Source: Macrostomum lignano (Eukaryota). Taken from it: 64,000 bases of DNA. The translations under genes and the position numbers were made by a program. The notes under the pieces were generated by a model. It had not been told where the DNA came from. It searched no databases and saw nothing but the letters and a program-made list of their open reading frames with translations. Positions 12,317 to 24,715 of the stretch are shown in pieces. The DNA lies in the NCBI GenBank assembly GCA_002269645.1, contig NIVC01002504.1:1-64000 (forward strand), written 5' to 3'. The first letter of the stretch is position 1, and every line of letters begins with the position of its first letter.

Positions 12317-12850
12317 GGGTCCATGAGAAATGCCCGTGAGCAAATTGCCCGTGGAGATTTGCCGGCCGAGAATTGCCCGCTGAGATTTGCTGCAGTGCAA
12401 TTTGCCCGCGAGCTAGTTGCCCGCTGAGTTTTTTCCCGCCGAGGTTTGCCCACAATGCTTTTTTCCTGCAGCGCATTTAGCGACGCAGCAGATTTTGTTT
12501 GCATTGCCTTCCCAATGCTTAGTACGTGCGTGTTAATCTCAATAAAGAGATTTACACAATCAAAACATTTTGATAGTAACTGCATATCAAATGCATATTT
12601 TTTGGGGGGCATGCAGACAGAATCTAGCTGCCAAATGTGCTGCAGGAGGGAAGCATTGTGGGCAAACCTCAGTGGGAAAAAACTTAGCAGGCAACTCGCT
12701 CGCGGGCAAATTGCACTGTGGGCAATTCTCGGCAGGCAAATCTCCATAGGCAATTCACTCACGGGCAAAATGCACTGCGGGCAAATCTCCGCGGGAAAAG
12801 CGTGGCAGGCAAATCTCCATGGGCAAATCTCCTGCGGGCAAATCTCGAAT
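12317..12850. mobile_element. Foldback/MITE-like element with long imperfect inverted arms made of short GGCAAAT-type subrepeats
   Basis: The left arm (12317-12495) is the reverse complement of the right arm (12620-12850), e.g. GAGGTTTGCCCACAATGCTT vs AAGCATTGTGGGCAAACCTC. Confidence 0.75.
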
Positions 12851-13599
12851 TTTCAAAATTAAGTCTAAAAAAAGCAGAAAACACTTTTCTTAACCTTCTT
12901 TGGCCACCTTGCTTCTCTAGTAAAAGGTTGGCAATCTGTTTGTAATAAAGCCACCCCAACCTTATCTGCAGGTTGCTGCATATTGGAAGGGTAGCTGAGA
13001 CATGTTGTGTATTCAATGCCTATAGAACTCCCACATTTTAGGAGTACAATTGCATTTAATGATTTACCTAGAATATGGGGGGGGGGTTGGGCTTGGACTG
13101 AGTGTATATAGGAGTTGTACAATATAAACAGATAGATAGGACTATGTTGAAATTCAATTGGTTTTATTATTCATGCCTTTCAAAAGGCAGCCCTGTGTAT
13201 TTGCTTGGCAATGAAATTCAATGCATAAAATTGCAAGTCTTACCAGCAGGCAGGTGAATATATATGCAATGCTCAATGCTTTTAATTGGGAAGTTCAAAT
13301 GCTAACTATTCCTCCAGTTTTAAACTTTGAAAGAAAAGACTTATATTGCTAGAAAAATCCTGCAATGCTAAATTCTGGGATATAAGTTGTTTGCTTTAAA
13401 TTTGAAATTGAAAAGCACAACATCCAAAAAACAATTTTCATGCTTCTAACTTTCTGCAAAGATTGTAGCTACTTTTGCTATAGGTCAGTTAGACATTAAG
13501 TTAGGGGGTGTTGCATATGCACATTCTAGCCAGCTATTATTTGAGTAATTTTAGTAAGTTAGGGCGGGTGACAAATTTCAATTTTTTTATTATTGGCGC

Positions 13600-14338
13600 C
13601 TCTGTCACTCAGATAAGAGAGTAGAGAAAAGAGAAGAGAGGGGAGATAATAGAAAACCAAGAAAAGATAGTAGATCTGAGAAAGGTCTAGATTAAAGACA
13701 ATAGAGGGGAGTGAGGCAGGAACAAAGAGGGAGAAAGAAGAGAAGAGAATGTAGAGCAAAGAAAGAGAGGAGAGAGGAAAGATGAGAAGAGAGAGGAGGG
13801 ATAAGAGAGTACAGAAGAGAGAGAAAAGAGAAAGGAGGATGAGACAGAAGATGTAGAAGGGAAAGAAGAAATATAAAAGAAAAAAGAAAAGGGTAGAGAG
13901 AATATAGATATGTGTATGTGACACGAGAGTAGAGAGAGAAAAGAAAAGAGAGTACAGGATGGAGGATGGAATAGATAAGAGATGAGAGATGAAAGAAAAA
14001 AAGCAAAAGGAGATAGGAGAGACAAAGCAAGAAGAGAGAAAAGAGAGGAGCAAGAGGAGAGAGATGAGGAGAGGAGAGATATGAGTACAAGAGAAGGGGG
14101 TAAAGATGAGAAGAGAAGAGAAAAAAAGAAGGAGAAAATGGAAGAGATGGGATAGGGGAGAGGAGATGGATAAGAGAGAAGGAAGAAGACAGGAGGGAGT
14201 AGAGCTGAAAGACGAAAGAGAAGAGATAAGAGAGTAGAGATGAGGAGAGAGAAGAGAAGCAAGATAAGAGGGCAGAGGAGAGAAGAGGAGAGAAAGAAGA
14301 GGAGAGAAAAGGGAAGAGAGGAGAGAGGGGATAAAAGA

Positions 14339-14392
<54 letters not shown>

Positions 14393-14399
14393 TTAAAGA

Positions 14400-14436
<37 letters not shown>

Positions 14437-14660
14437 GAGAGGAGAGAGTAGAAAAGAGACAGGATAGATTAGAGACCAGACAAGAGAGAAGAGATGAAAG
14501 AGTAGAGAGGAGAAAGAAGTGAGGAAAAAGAAGAGAGTAGATATGAGAGCAAAGAAATGAGAGATTATAGTTGATAGATGATAGATAAGAGATAAGAGCA
14601 GAGAGGAAAGGAGAGATTAGAGATGAGAGACCAAAGAGGAGAGAGGAGACATGAAAGAGT
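13600..14660. repeat. Purine-rich (GA) low-complexity tract with (GA)n runs
   Basis: About 1 kb composed almost entirely of G and A on the + strand. Confidence 0.9.
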
Positions 14661-17320
14661 CTCAGTCTGAACGATGGCAGTAGAGAAATGGTATTTGAGA
14701 GGTTCTAAAGAGGATTTGGGGAGGATTTAGAAGATTGAATTCAAGTCATGGGATTCAGCTAATGGATTTCAGGGAATAGAGTTCTGGCAATGGGAGTTTT
14801 ATCCCCTTTCTCCTCCAACAGAGGAGTTGGTCTTGTATAGTATAAAAGTAAATAGGCTTATAACATGGAATATTTAGCTTTTTGCATGCATGCACTAGAT
14901 AGGCTTGTCAACACTAAAAAATTCAAGAATGACATTGCTAAAAACAGGTCTCTAGACACAGTCCTAGTGCATTTGGACATGCAAGGTAGCAGTAGATCAT
15001 TTGTTTGATTGTTTTAGCTATATAGTATATAGGACACTACTTTGTTGGTCTTGGCTAACTTTTTTAAGCCACAAGCTGCATTGGAAAATATAGGCTGACT
15101 TGCCCAATGGCTTGAGCTACAGCAACTGGTCACTTTCTACTCATCCCAGTGCTTTGCATGGATTTGCAAATGCTAGCTTCTAGAAACTTTAACACTGCCT
15201 ATGCAGCAGTTATAAGTCAAAGCTGAGTAGCACCTCTGCACTATAAACCATTATTCCATCTCAAGTGATTGGTCAGGCTAGAAATTTTGCTGCTGACTCA
15301 TTTGTATCACTTATCTCACTTTTTAAACCATTTTCTTGAAGACCAAAGCTAGCATAGCACCCTTGCACATGAAGATGATATCATTAGGTAGCATATTTAA
15401 CTGTCTGAGCTCATTTGGCACACCTTGGTCAACTTATATAATTAGATGAGTATCTCAATCTAGAAGGTATTCACTACTCAGCCAATCAATAAAGAACCAA
15501 ACCATTTCCCAACAAAAATGCAGTGGCCTTGGACCAACAGATCTTGGCAAAGTTCAACAATCGTTTTTTCATTGAATGTGGCAGGTGTTTGCATTGTGAA
15601 TCTATATCAAATCTATAATTATCTTCCAGAGTAGTATGAACTAAAAAGTTCAACAAGTAGCCTATTTTAGATACATTGTGCACTTTGTTAGAATGTACTA
15701 CTTGAAGTCTAGGTGTTTTTTGTAAAGAATTAATAAATCATCAATACTTATTTCTTTGTCAGGTCAATAGATATTCATGCAAGTGCCTTGAAAATTGTTT
15801 TAAGAATGGATGAATTTTGTTAGATAATCCAGTATAGGATCCTCAAGGCAATCATAAAAGCAAAGAAAGCCAAGCAATTGCTTGATGCAGTCTCTAGAGA
15901 GCAGTCAGAGCACCTCAAGCTTGAAAATATGGTGTCAAATAATAGTTGTCAGTGTTCATTTATCTCAGTCTTATTGTTGCTATCCTTGTATACTATCAGG
16001 TACATGCTAATCAATTTCTTGGCTTTGTTTGTATTTTATTTTTTCCACTATAACAAACTCAAAAAGTAGGTCATTAGCATCCAATGAGTGAATTGTTGCC
16101 TAGGCTCTATGTTTGGTCCACTTATCTAGGTCTTCAAACAATCAGATTAGAATAAACCTAGGAACACAATTGCTATGGGCTGTAGGTTTTTTCCACTTTG
16201 CAGATTTTTTGTTTCTGTGGATATTGCTAAATAATAATTTTTCAAATGAGCTTTTCCTGTGGATTTTTTGCTAATTTAAGTTCCTTTCCATTTAGCATTA
16301 GAAATTTCACTCATTTGATGCTCTGCATAGAGCTATTCTTTGAGTATTCTATCACAGTTTACATCAGAAAGTTGTTTTCTTTGACTAAGATGAACCTAAA
16401 TACAGTAGGCCTATATAGGAATAGAGATCCACATTATTTAGTTTATATTTCCACAAAAAAGTCACTAGTGTAGTCAGATCTATATTTCTTATAATTTTTT
16501 AATCTTCATTCCAATGGTAGTGTTAGAATGCTAATTGTGGTGAAGTTTACAGGACACAAGTCTTATGCTAGCATCTGTCATAATTATATTATAAGCCTGT
16601 AGGCATAGAACATACAAAACAGAATCTGATTTTTTTGCATATTTGCAATTGCAGAGTGTCTTTTTTATATTTATTTATGCCTCAATAGAAGTCACCCTTA
16701 CCCATAGATTAGATATTCCCTAGATATATCACTCTGTGTACTTGGGTGCACCCATATACCCAGTGTAATTTTTTGGAAATTTTAGCAACTACTCTTTACT
16801 TATAGTTTAAGTTCAGATTTTTTGTTGAGTTACTGATACAAGCTAATTTTTAAAAAGTGGCATAGCAACACTGCCTAGGAAAAAGGAAGTTGTGTGCTCA
16901 ACATTGGCAGATGCTTTATTCTAGGATTCGGGCTAGGTATTCTACAAAACTCAATGTCTTGCTAGATAAGCTTGTCAGTTTTAAAATACTACCACTTTGG
17001 CCAAAGCCTAGGTAGCTAGACTTATTCTAATTGAGATTTTGTTTACTAGATATTTATTGTCTACTAATTTGTTATCTCAGTCACATAGATTGTAGTCTGT
17101 AAGGTTAAAACCAGAATTAGTAAAAAAAGTAAAATAAATGTTTAATAAATATAGTTGTGACAATTTGTTGCAATGTTTTTTTAGATTGTTGATTTAGAAA
17201 AACTTTTTTAGAAAAAAAAACTGTAACAACTTTCTGATTTGTAATTAGATGCACAAAAGTATTCATTCAATCGATCGATCTAGATTTTAGAAAATAGGTT
17301 TTTGCATTTTGGTTTTGCAT

Positions 17321-20300
17321 TTTCTCTTCGACATCGCCGGACTGAAGGGAGACTATCGAATGGCTGAGCGGGAGAGCTCCTGCCTCAGGTTGGTGCTGAA
17401 GCTCGCTTCCCATGGGTTAATATAGGATCCCACACTGCTTAGTGCGACCCACTCCTAAGCTTTTCAAGTTGTTATCAGAGTTGAGTTGTGTGGATTATAA
17501 GGAATGATATCTAGGAATCTTCGGGACTCTGGGATATGCTACATCGGAATCCCATTTTAGGGATAGCTCATAGAAATCCCACTCTAGGGATTAGAGTTCA
17601 TACAAATCCATGCTAAGGATTATAGGCCCCTATAAATCTCATTCTAGGGATTATAGCCCCTACAAATCACATTCTAGGGATTATAGCCCATACAAATCCC
17701 ATTCTAGGGATTATAGCCCATACAAATCCCATTCTAGGGATTATAGCCCATACAAATCCCATTCTAGGGATTATAGCCCATACAAATCCCATTCTAGGGA
17801 TTATAGCCCATACAAATCCCATTCTAGGGATTATAGCCCCTACAAATCCCATTCTAGGGATTATAGCCCAAACAAATCCCATTCTAGGGATTATAGCCCA
17901 TACAAATCCCATTCTAGGGATTATAGCCCATACAAATCCCATTCTAGGGATTATAGCCCAAACAAATCCCATTCTAAGGATTATAGCCAATAGATATCCC
18001 ATTCTAGGGATTATAGCCAATAGATATCCCATTCTACAGGTATTTAATTTCCTAGCCTCAAAACCCCCCAACCCGCAGCTACATCCGTGAGTCCGTGCCC
18101 TCGGACTGCCGAGTCCTGATGCTCCTCAGCGGCGGCGTTGACAGCAGCACCTGCGCCGCTTTGCTGGCCAAAGCCCTCAGGCCCGACCAGATTGTTGCTG
18201 TGCACATTGACAATGGATTTATGCGCTTGCGCGAGAGCAGCCTTGTGATTAAGAGCTTAGCGGCGCTTGGATTGCAGGTCTGTTGTAGCTGGGGGGTTCT
18301 ACACGCGTCTAAGGGATTGCATTGCATGTGGTTTCTTTATCATTAGCTCTTTATTTCACAGTCTTCTAGGTGCCTATGCACGCAAATAAGGGATTTTTAT
18401 CCCCATCCTGAGAAATCGTCATATCATCAGTAGGGATTTTTATCCCCATCCTGAGAAATAGTCATATCATCAGTAGGGATTTTTATCCCCATCCTGAGAA
18501 ATAGTCATATCATCAGTAGGGATTTTTATCCCCATCCTGAGAAATAGTCATATCATCAGTAGGGATTTTTATCCCTATACTTAGTAGACATCAATAAGGA
18601 ATTTTTATCCCCATTCTGAGGAGCAGATATCAATAAGGGATTTTATTCCCATACTGAGGAGTAGACATCAATAGTGGATTTTTATCCCCATACCGAGGAG
18701 TAGACATCAATTTATCCCTATACTGAGTAAAAATAAATGAATTTTTATCCCCATTCTGAGGAGCAGGCATCAATAAGGGATTTTATCCCCATTTTTAGGA
18801 GTAGCCGAGTAGGTATCAATGGAGGATTTTTATTCCCATAACGAGAAGTAGACATCAATAAGGGATTTTTATCCCTTATTAGTGTTAACGCAGCCGTAGA
18901 AAAATGTCTAACTCTAGGCATTCATAGTCCCTATAAAAATAGCAACCAACCTAGATTAAAATAATGCTACATACTACTTTTGCTTTTATAATAAGTAGTG
19001 TAGTAGAATCTATCAGTTTTCTAAGATGTTTTCAAATGCTCTTCTTTCGGTTGTGAAGGTTCGCCTAATCGACGCCTCGCTGAAGTTCTTGGCCGGCTGC
19101 ACTACCCAGCTGCGCCGGGTCACAGTCGGCAAGGAGACGGCCGAGCGCCGCGTCCGGCTCGGCCCCCTGTCCGGCGTCATCCACCCCGAGGAGAAGCGCC
19201 AGATTATTGGCAATCTGTTTATGCTGGTTGCCAAGGACGTTGTTGCCGAGCTGCAGCTGGACCCCGACAAGGTCTACCTGGCCCAGGGCACCCTGCGGCC
19301 CGACCTCATCGAGTCCGCCTCCACCATCGCCTCTCATCGGGCCGACGCCATCAAGACTCATCACAATGACACCGATCTGGTGCGCGAACTGCGCGCTAGA
19401 GGCCGCGTCATCGAACCGTTGAAGGATTTTCACAAGGATGAGGTGCCAGTCTTATGTAATATCCCTGATGTATTAGCCAACCTCTGTTTCACCTCTGCTA
19501 AGCATCTCTGCTTTATCTGTCGCCCAGCATCTGTGCTTCATCTATGGCTCAGCCTCTCCGTGCTTCATCTGTCACACAGCTTCTCTGCTTCACCCGTTAC
19601 TAAGTTTCTGTGCTTCATCTATCACACAGCCTCTCTGTGCTTCATCTGTCACACAGATTCTCTTCTTCATCCGTCACCTAGTATCTGTCTTCATCTGTCA
19701 CACAGCTTCTCTGCTTCATCTATCACACAGCCTCTGCTTCATTCAATCGCCCAGCCTTTCTGTGCTTCATCTGTCAGACAGCTTCTCTGCTTCATCCGTC
19801 ACTCAGTATCTGTACTTTATCTGCCACGCAGCTTCTCTGCTTCATCCATCGCTCAGCATCAGTGCTTCATCCATCGCTCAGCCTTTCATACACTCACAAA
19901 CCATTCCAGGTGCGCACAATCGCCCGCGATCTGGGCCTCCCGGACGCCCTGGTGTCGCGGCACCCGTTCCCCGGGCCGGGTCTAGCAATCCGAGTCCTGT
20001 GCGCCAGGGAGCCCCACATGGACAAGGACTTCATGGAGACCGCCGCAGCGGTTCGCCTGCTGCTCGACCTGCGCAATTCTGCGCCAGCAATTGGCGCCGG
20101 CGAACGTCAGGCGCCTCAACTGTCGCGTCTACGCCAGCTGCTCACCGCCAGTGAAATTGATCAGCTCAGTCGGCTGTCCGACATTCAGGGCCATCTGTTG
20201 CCGGTGAACACTGTGGGAGTGCAGGGCGACAGGCGCACCTATTCTTATGCTGTGGCCCTGTCCAGCTCGAGTCCCGAGCCCAATTGGCCTGATCTGTTCT

Positions 20301-21692
20301 ACATTGCTCGCCTATTGCCCAGAGTCTGTCACAGCGTTAACCGGGTTGTGTACGCCTTTGGCCCGGCCATACAGTATCCCGTGACCGACGTCACCCAGAC
20401 TCTGCTGTCACCACCTGTGCTGGACCAGCTCAGAATAGCTGACGATAAAGCGCATTCCGTGCTTAGGGTGAGCGATTGATTGTGGGCTGGTTGGTTGGGT
20501 GATCGAATTTTCACGGGTTGGTGCGTTGTGTTCACGGGTTGAATAGGTGTGTTCACGGGTTGGATGAGTGTGTTCACGGGTTGGTGTGTTCACGAGTTGG
20601 ATGAGTGTATTCACGGGTTGGTGCGTTGTGTTCACGGGTTGAATAGGTGTGTTCACGGGTTGAATAGGTGTGTTCACGGGTTGGATGAGTGTGTTCACGG
20701 GTTGGTGTGTTCACGAGTTGGATGAGTGTGTTCACAGGTTGGATGAGTGTGTTCACAGGTTGAATAGGTGTGTTCACGGGTTGGATGAGTGTGCTCACAG
20801 GTTGAATAGGTGTGTTCACAGGTTGGATGAGTGTGTTCACGGGTTGGATGATTGTGTTCACAGGTTGGATAGGTGTGTTCACGGGTTGGATGAGTGTGTT
20901 CACAGGTTGAATAGGTGTGTTCACCTATTCAACCTGTGGTCCTGTCCAGGTGTGTTCATGGGTTCGATGAGCGTGTTCACAGGTTGGATAGGTGTGTTCG
21001 CGGGTCGGATAGGTGTGTTCACGGGTCGGATAGGTGTGTTCACGGGTTAGATAGTGTGTTCACGGGTTGGTTAGACAGTGTGTTCACGGGTTAGATAGTA
21101 TGTTCACGGGTTAGACAGTGTGTTCACGGGTTAGATAGTATGTTCACGGGTTAGACAGTGTGTTCACGGGTTAGATAGTATGTTCACGGGTTAGACAGTG
21201 TGTTCACGGGTTGGGTGGGTGTGCAGTGTTCACGGGCTGGATGGACATGTTCACTGGTTGGTTGGGTATGTTCACGAATTTTCTAGAATGATTATGTGTC
21301 ACGGGTTAAATGCATGCGTTCACGCAAATTCATAAATCAGATCTTTTGCAGTCTTTCACTGGTTTATGCTAAATTTACCTGATAAATAATCCTCTCTTTG
21401 AATGCAATCCCAGGAGTGCCCGAACAGCCGGATCAGCCAGATGCCAGTGGTCCTGATCCCCATTCACTTCGATCGCGATCCCCTGCTGCTGCTGCCCTCG
21501 GTACTCCGGTCAGTCGTGCTCAGGCCATTCGTCACCAACGATTTTATGACCGGCTTGGCCGCAGTTCCCGGCCGTCACCTGGCCCTGAGCACCCTGGCCA
21601 GCATGGTAGCTCAAGTGGCCAGCGTGCACGGCATCAGCCGGGTTCTGTACGACCTCACCTCTAAGCCGCCTGGCACCACTGAGTGGGAGTAG
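17321..21692 (+). CDS. GMPS: GMP synthase, ATP-pyrophosphatase and dimerisation domains; N-terminal glutaminase exons not found. Exons ~17321-17388, 18079-18277, 19059-19442, 19910-20467, 21414-21692
   Basis: Spliced frame reads FLFDIAG...VLMLLSGGVDSST...VHIDNGFMR...QGTLRPDLIES...IKTHHN...EPLKDFHKDEVR...RHPFPGPGLAIR...VGVQGDRRTYSY...YDLTSKPPGTTEWE*. All four introns are GT-AG with compatible phases. The 5' boundary of the first visible exon is uncertain. Confidence 0.93.
17560..18035. repeat. 30-bp minisatellite in GMPS intron
   Basis: Tandem ATTCTAGGGATTATAGCCCATACAAATCCC. Confidence 0.95.
18385..18880. repeat. ~43-bp minisatellite, decaying 3', in GMPS intron
   Basis: Tandem AGTAGGGATTTTTATCCCCATCCTGAGAAATAGTCATATCATC. 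Confidence 0.9.
19480..19880. repeat. Degenerate pyrimidine-rich minisatellite in GMPS intron
   Basis: Recurrent CTCTGCTTCATCTGTCACACAG-like units. Confidence 0.8.
20505..21320. repeat. ~21-bp minisatellite in last GMPS intron
   Basis: Tandem GTGTTCACGGGTTGGATGAGT and variants. Confidence 0.95.
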
Positions 21693-22519
21693 CATTCTTG
21701 ACCTTTAATTGGGCAATAACTAGCGCGAAGGCTCTAATTATTTTTTTGTTTCAAAAATGCATCAGTTTGCAGGGAAGGGGAGGTTTTCAATGCTGGCTGC
21801 TCCACACAGACCCCTTTTAGGGCCATAGACATTGAAGCGCAAGTATTCAGTAGGCTGATCCTCCCGGTAAGGATTGCATTGCTATGCTATTTATTAGGCA
21901 AACAACTCAATTGTGTTGGCGCTTGAATTTCTACTAACTCAAGTAGACCCAATAGAGTTTTTTATAAGTGCAAAATGCGATTCTAAATCACAAATTGGTC
22001 AGTTTCATCGGTTACTAGCAAAGCTTGATAACTACTAATTCTCCTATTGCTTGTGCTCGGACGGTGCTTACCTGCTCGTCAGCTGCGTATTTTTAAATCA
22101 TGCCGTGATTACCACACGTTTAAACAAATTATAAATTCGATAATTAATCATTTGACCATAGGCGCCATGGATAGCAACTTCAATAGCTCCTAATAATAAC
22201 ATTAATAAATTTCTTTTCATTTCATTTGTCGCATGCATTTCACTCAGCTGTTATGATAAATTCAAACTGTCACTTGGAGACACCCTTAATACCCTCCTAA
22301 TCCAATTACTATAGAAACATCAATCTAAGTGACGTTGCTTTTGTTTGTTTGTTTGTTTATTCTTGTTGCGAGATTTCAATATAATTTAACTATTCTCTGG
22401 TTTCTATTTGGAAATTAATTTGTTTACCTGTAAGAGAATTTTCATTAGTTTTTTTGTTTATTTATTTAAAAAAAGGAACACCTACTACAGGAGTGACCTG
22501 CGCTTGAATGACACCCGAG

Positions 22520-23005
22520 GCTAGATGCTAGATGAGTGACGAGTGACTAGATGAGTGACGAGTGACTAGATGAGTGACGAGTGACTAGATGAGTGACGAG
22601 AGACTAGATAAGTGACGAGTGCCTACATGTAGATGAGTGACGAGAGACTAGATAAGTGACGAGTGCCTACATGTAGATGAGTGACGAGAGACTAGATAAG
22701 TGACGAGTGACTACATGTAGATGAGTGACGAGAGACTAGATGAGTGACGAGAGACTAGATAAGTGACGAGTGACGAGAGACTAGATGAGTGACGAGTGAC
22801 TAGATGAGTGACGAGAGACTAGATAAGTGACGAGAGACTAGATAAGTGACGAGAGACTAGATAAGTGACGAGAGACTAGATAAGTGACGAGAGACTAGAT
22901 AAGTGACGAGAGACTACATAAGTGACGAGAGACTAGATAAGTGACGAGAGACTACATAAGTGACGAGAGACTAGATAAGTGACGAGTGACTAGATGAGTG
23001 ACGAT
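22520..23005. repeat. 19-bp minisatellite
   Basis: Tandem AGACTAGATAAGTGACGAG and variants. Confidence 0.95.
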
Positions 23006-23035
23006 GAAACCATTGAGCCCGAAGACCGCACTAAA

Positions 23036-23800
23036 CGCAGACTACTTGAAGGCCATTGAGAAGGATATTGATGTTGCCTATACAGCCTATATGTGTAGAG
23101 ATAAGCGCAATGACACTAGACATAATGTTTGCATTAAAGAAGGTCTTGTGGCAATCTAAGGTTGTCACGATATTGTACGACTGGTGTGGGTCGCTATATT
23201 CATGGAAACCTTCGATCAATTCAACATGAAATCGGTGACAATTTATACCCTGCACTACCACAAAAATGAAGATTTCACAGAGAACAAGATTAGTAAATTT
23301 TACAATGAACTGGCGTACCTGGCTGTAAAAGAGAATAATGGGAACGCTATGACAGCACTGCACTATAAAGATTTGTACCCAATTTTTGGAGTTGATGTGT
23401 CAGCTAGACAAATGCCTGTAGATAATCGGCACGTTAATATTGTCATAAATATCAGCAACTTGGCAAGTAAAGTTTAAATACTTTTTAGGTAAAAATGAAA
23501 GTGAAAGTAGGTTAAAAAAGAAGCCGCACTCCCAAGAAAGCATTCCGATCGCCCAGAATTACTGATCGAATCAAAGGGAATGTTCATAGAAAAATTAATC
23601 ATGTTTATTTGAATGACTTTACAGGCTGGTCGAATGTTCCCAATGTGACCCTGGCTTATAACAAGTTTTATTACAAATGGAAAGGTGCAACAGCAGAGGT
23701 GGTTTCCCTTGCCGTAAGCACACAGCTTGTGGATACTTATAAATACAAGTTGTACTTCCTGGGAAATGTTTTTACCAAAACGAAAGCATTTTGAGACACC
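23036..23800 (+). mobile_element. Probable Polinton/Maverick (adintovirus-like) remnant: double-jelly-roll major capsid protein C-terminal fragment and a possible penton fragment
   Basis: ADYLKAIEKDIDVAYTAYMC (frameshift) LVWVAIFMETFDQFNMKSV...FTENKISKFYNE...HYKDLYPIFGVDVSARQ...VNIVINI resembles, from recall, the C-terminus of animal Polinton capsids (YKxLYPxFxxDVS). Downstream GWSNVPNVTLAYNKFYYKW resembles the penton N-terminal motif. Confidence 0.55.
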
Positions 23801-24715
23801 GGATGCGGGTAAACATTATCGAGTGTAACGAGCTCAAAAGTTGCGACGTACGCAGAGAAAAGTGAAAAGAGAGGCCAAAGGCTTGCTGTGTTGAAAAGCA
23901 CGCGGAGACGAGACGCTTGTCTCCGGAGGAGAGGTAGATAAACTTTCTCTTTCAGTATAGTCGAGGTCGCGTGCTAAAAATAGCCGTGTACGAGCTTCTA
24001 CATCTTGAAAATTGATGTTTTTAGTAGATGTTTTTTGGGTCCCAGGTGGTGGGGTTGACCTTTTTGTCGTCCTTAGATCGACAATTGTAAGTATTAATGC
24101 ATTGAGTTGGTTAATTTTAGACACAACGACATTATCTATAAATAGAATTTAGTGAATGTTCATCTCCCCCCAAGACATCTACTTGTCAATGCTGCTCTTA
24201 AATATTATTTAGGTTTCAAAAATATTTTTGCATCCGTCTTCTTATCGGCTTATTGTCTGAAGCTAAGTGTAAACTTGTTTGGCTATTGTGCCAATAAATA
24301 TTGTTTTTAGCTATACTCTGTGGCAAAAGCAACCTAGAGGATCCAACTATTTACTATAAATTCACGGATTCACGGATCTCGTCTATACTGTAAATCCTTC
24401 AAGCGAAATTAAGTCCTCATTGCGTCTGCTTGAAGTCATCATGCTTTGACAGTCCTTCTTTAGACCTAAGACTTTATTTGGAAAAGCTTGCAATAGAGAT
24501 AGAGGCATCGAGAATAAAAACTGTTTAACTGTTGAATGACAATGGGGATTCAGATTAGCTGCTGACTTCAGAGTGGAAATATTTTACCATGAACGGTCAC
24601 TCGCAGTACATTAAGGAGTCGAGGGAGGGACACTTGCAATAGAATCTTCAGTTGCTGTGGAATCGTTAGCTGATAACCAATATTGATAACCCATGTCTTG
24701 CGAGAACAGACAGCA

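Noticed and set aside
13559-14467. Hydrophobic Leu/Ser/Phe 'membrane protein' ORFs
   Set aside because: Artefact of the GA-rich low-complexity tract.
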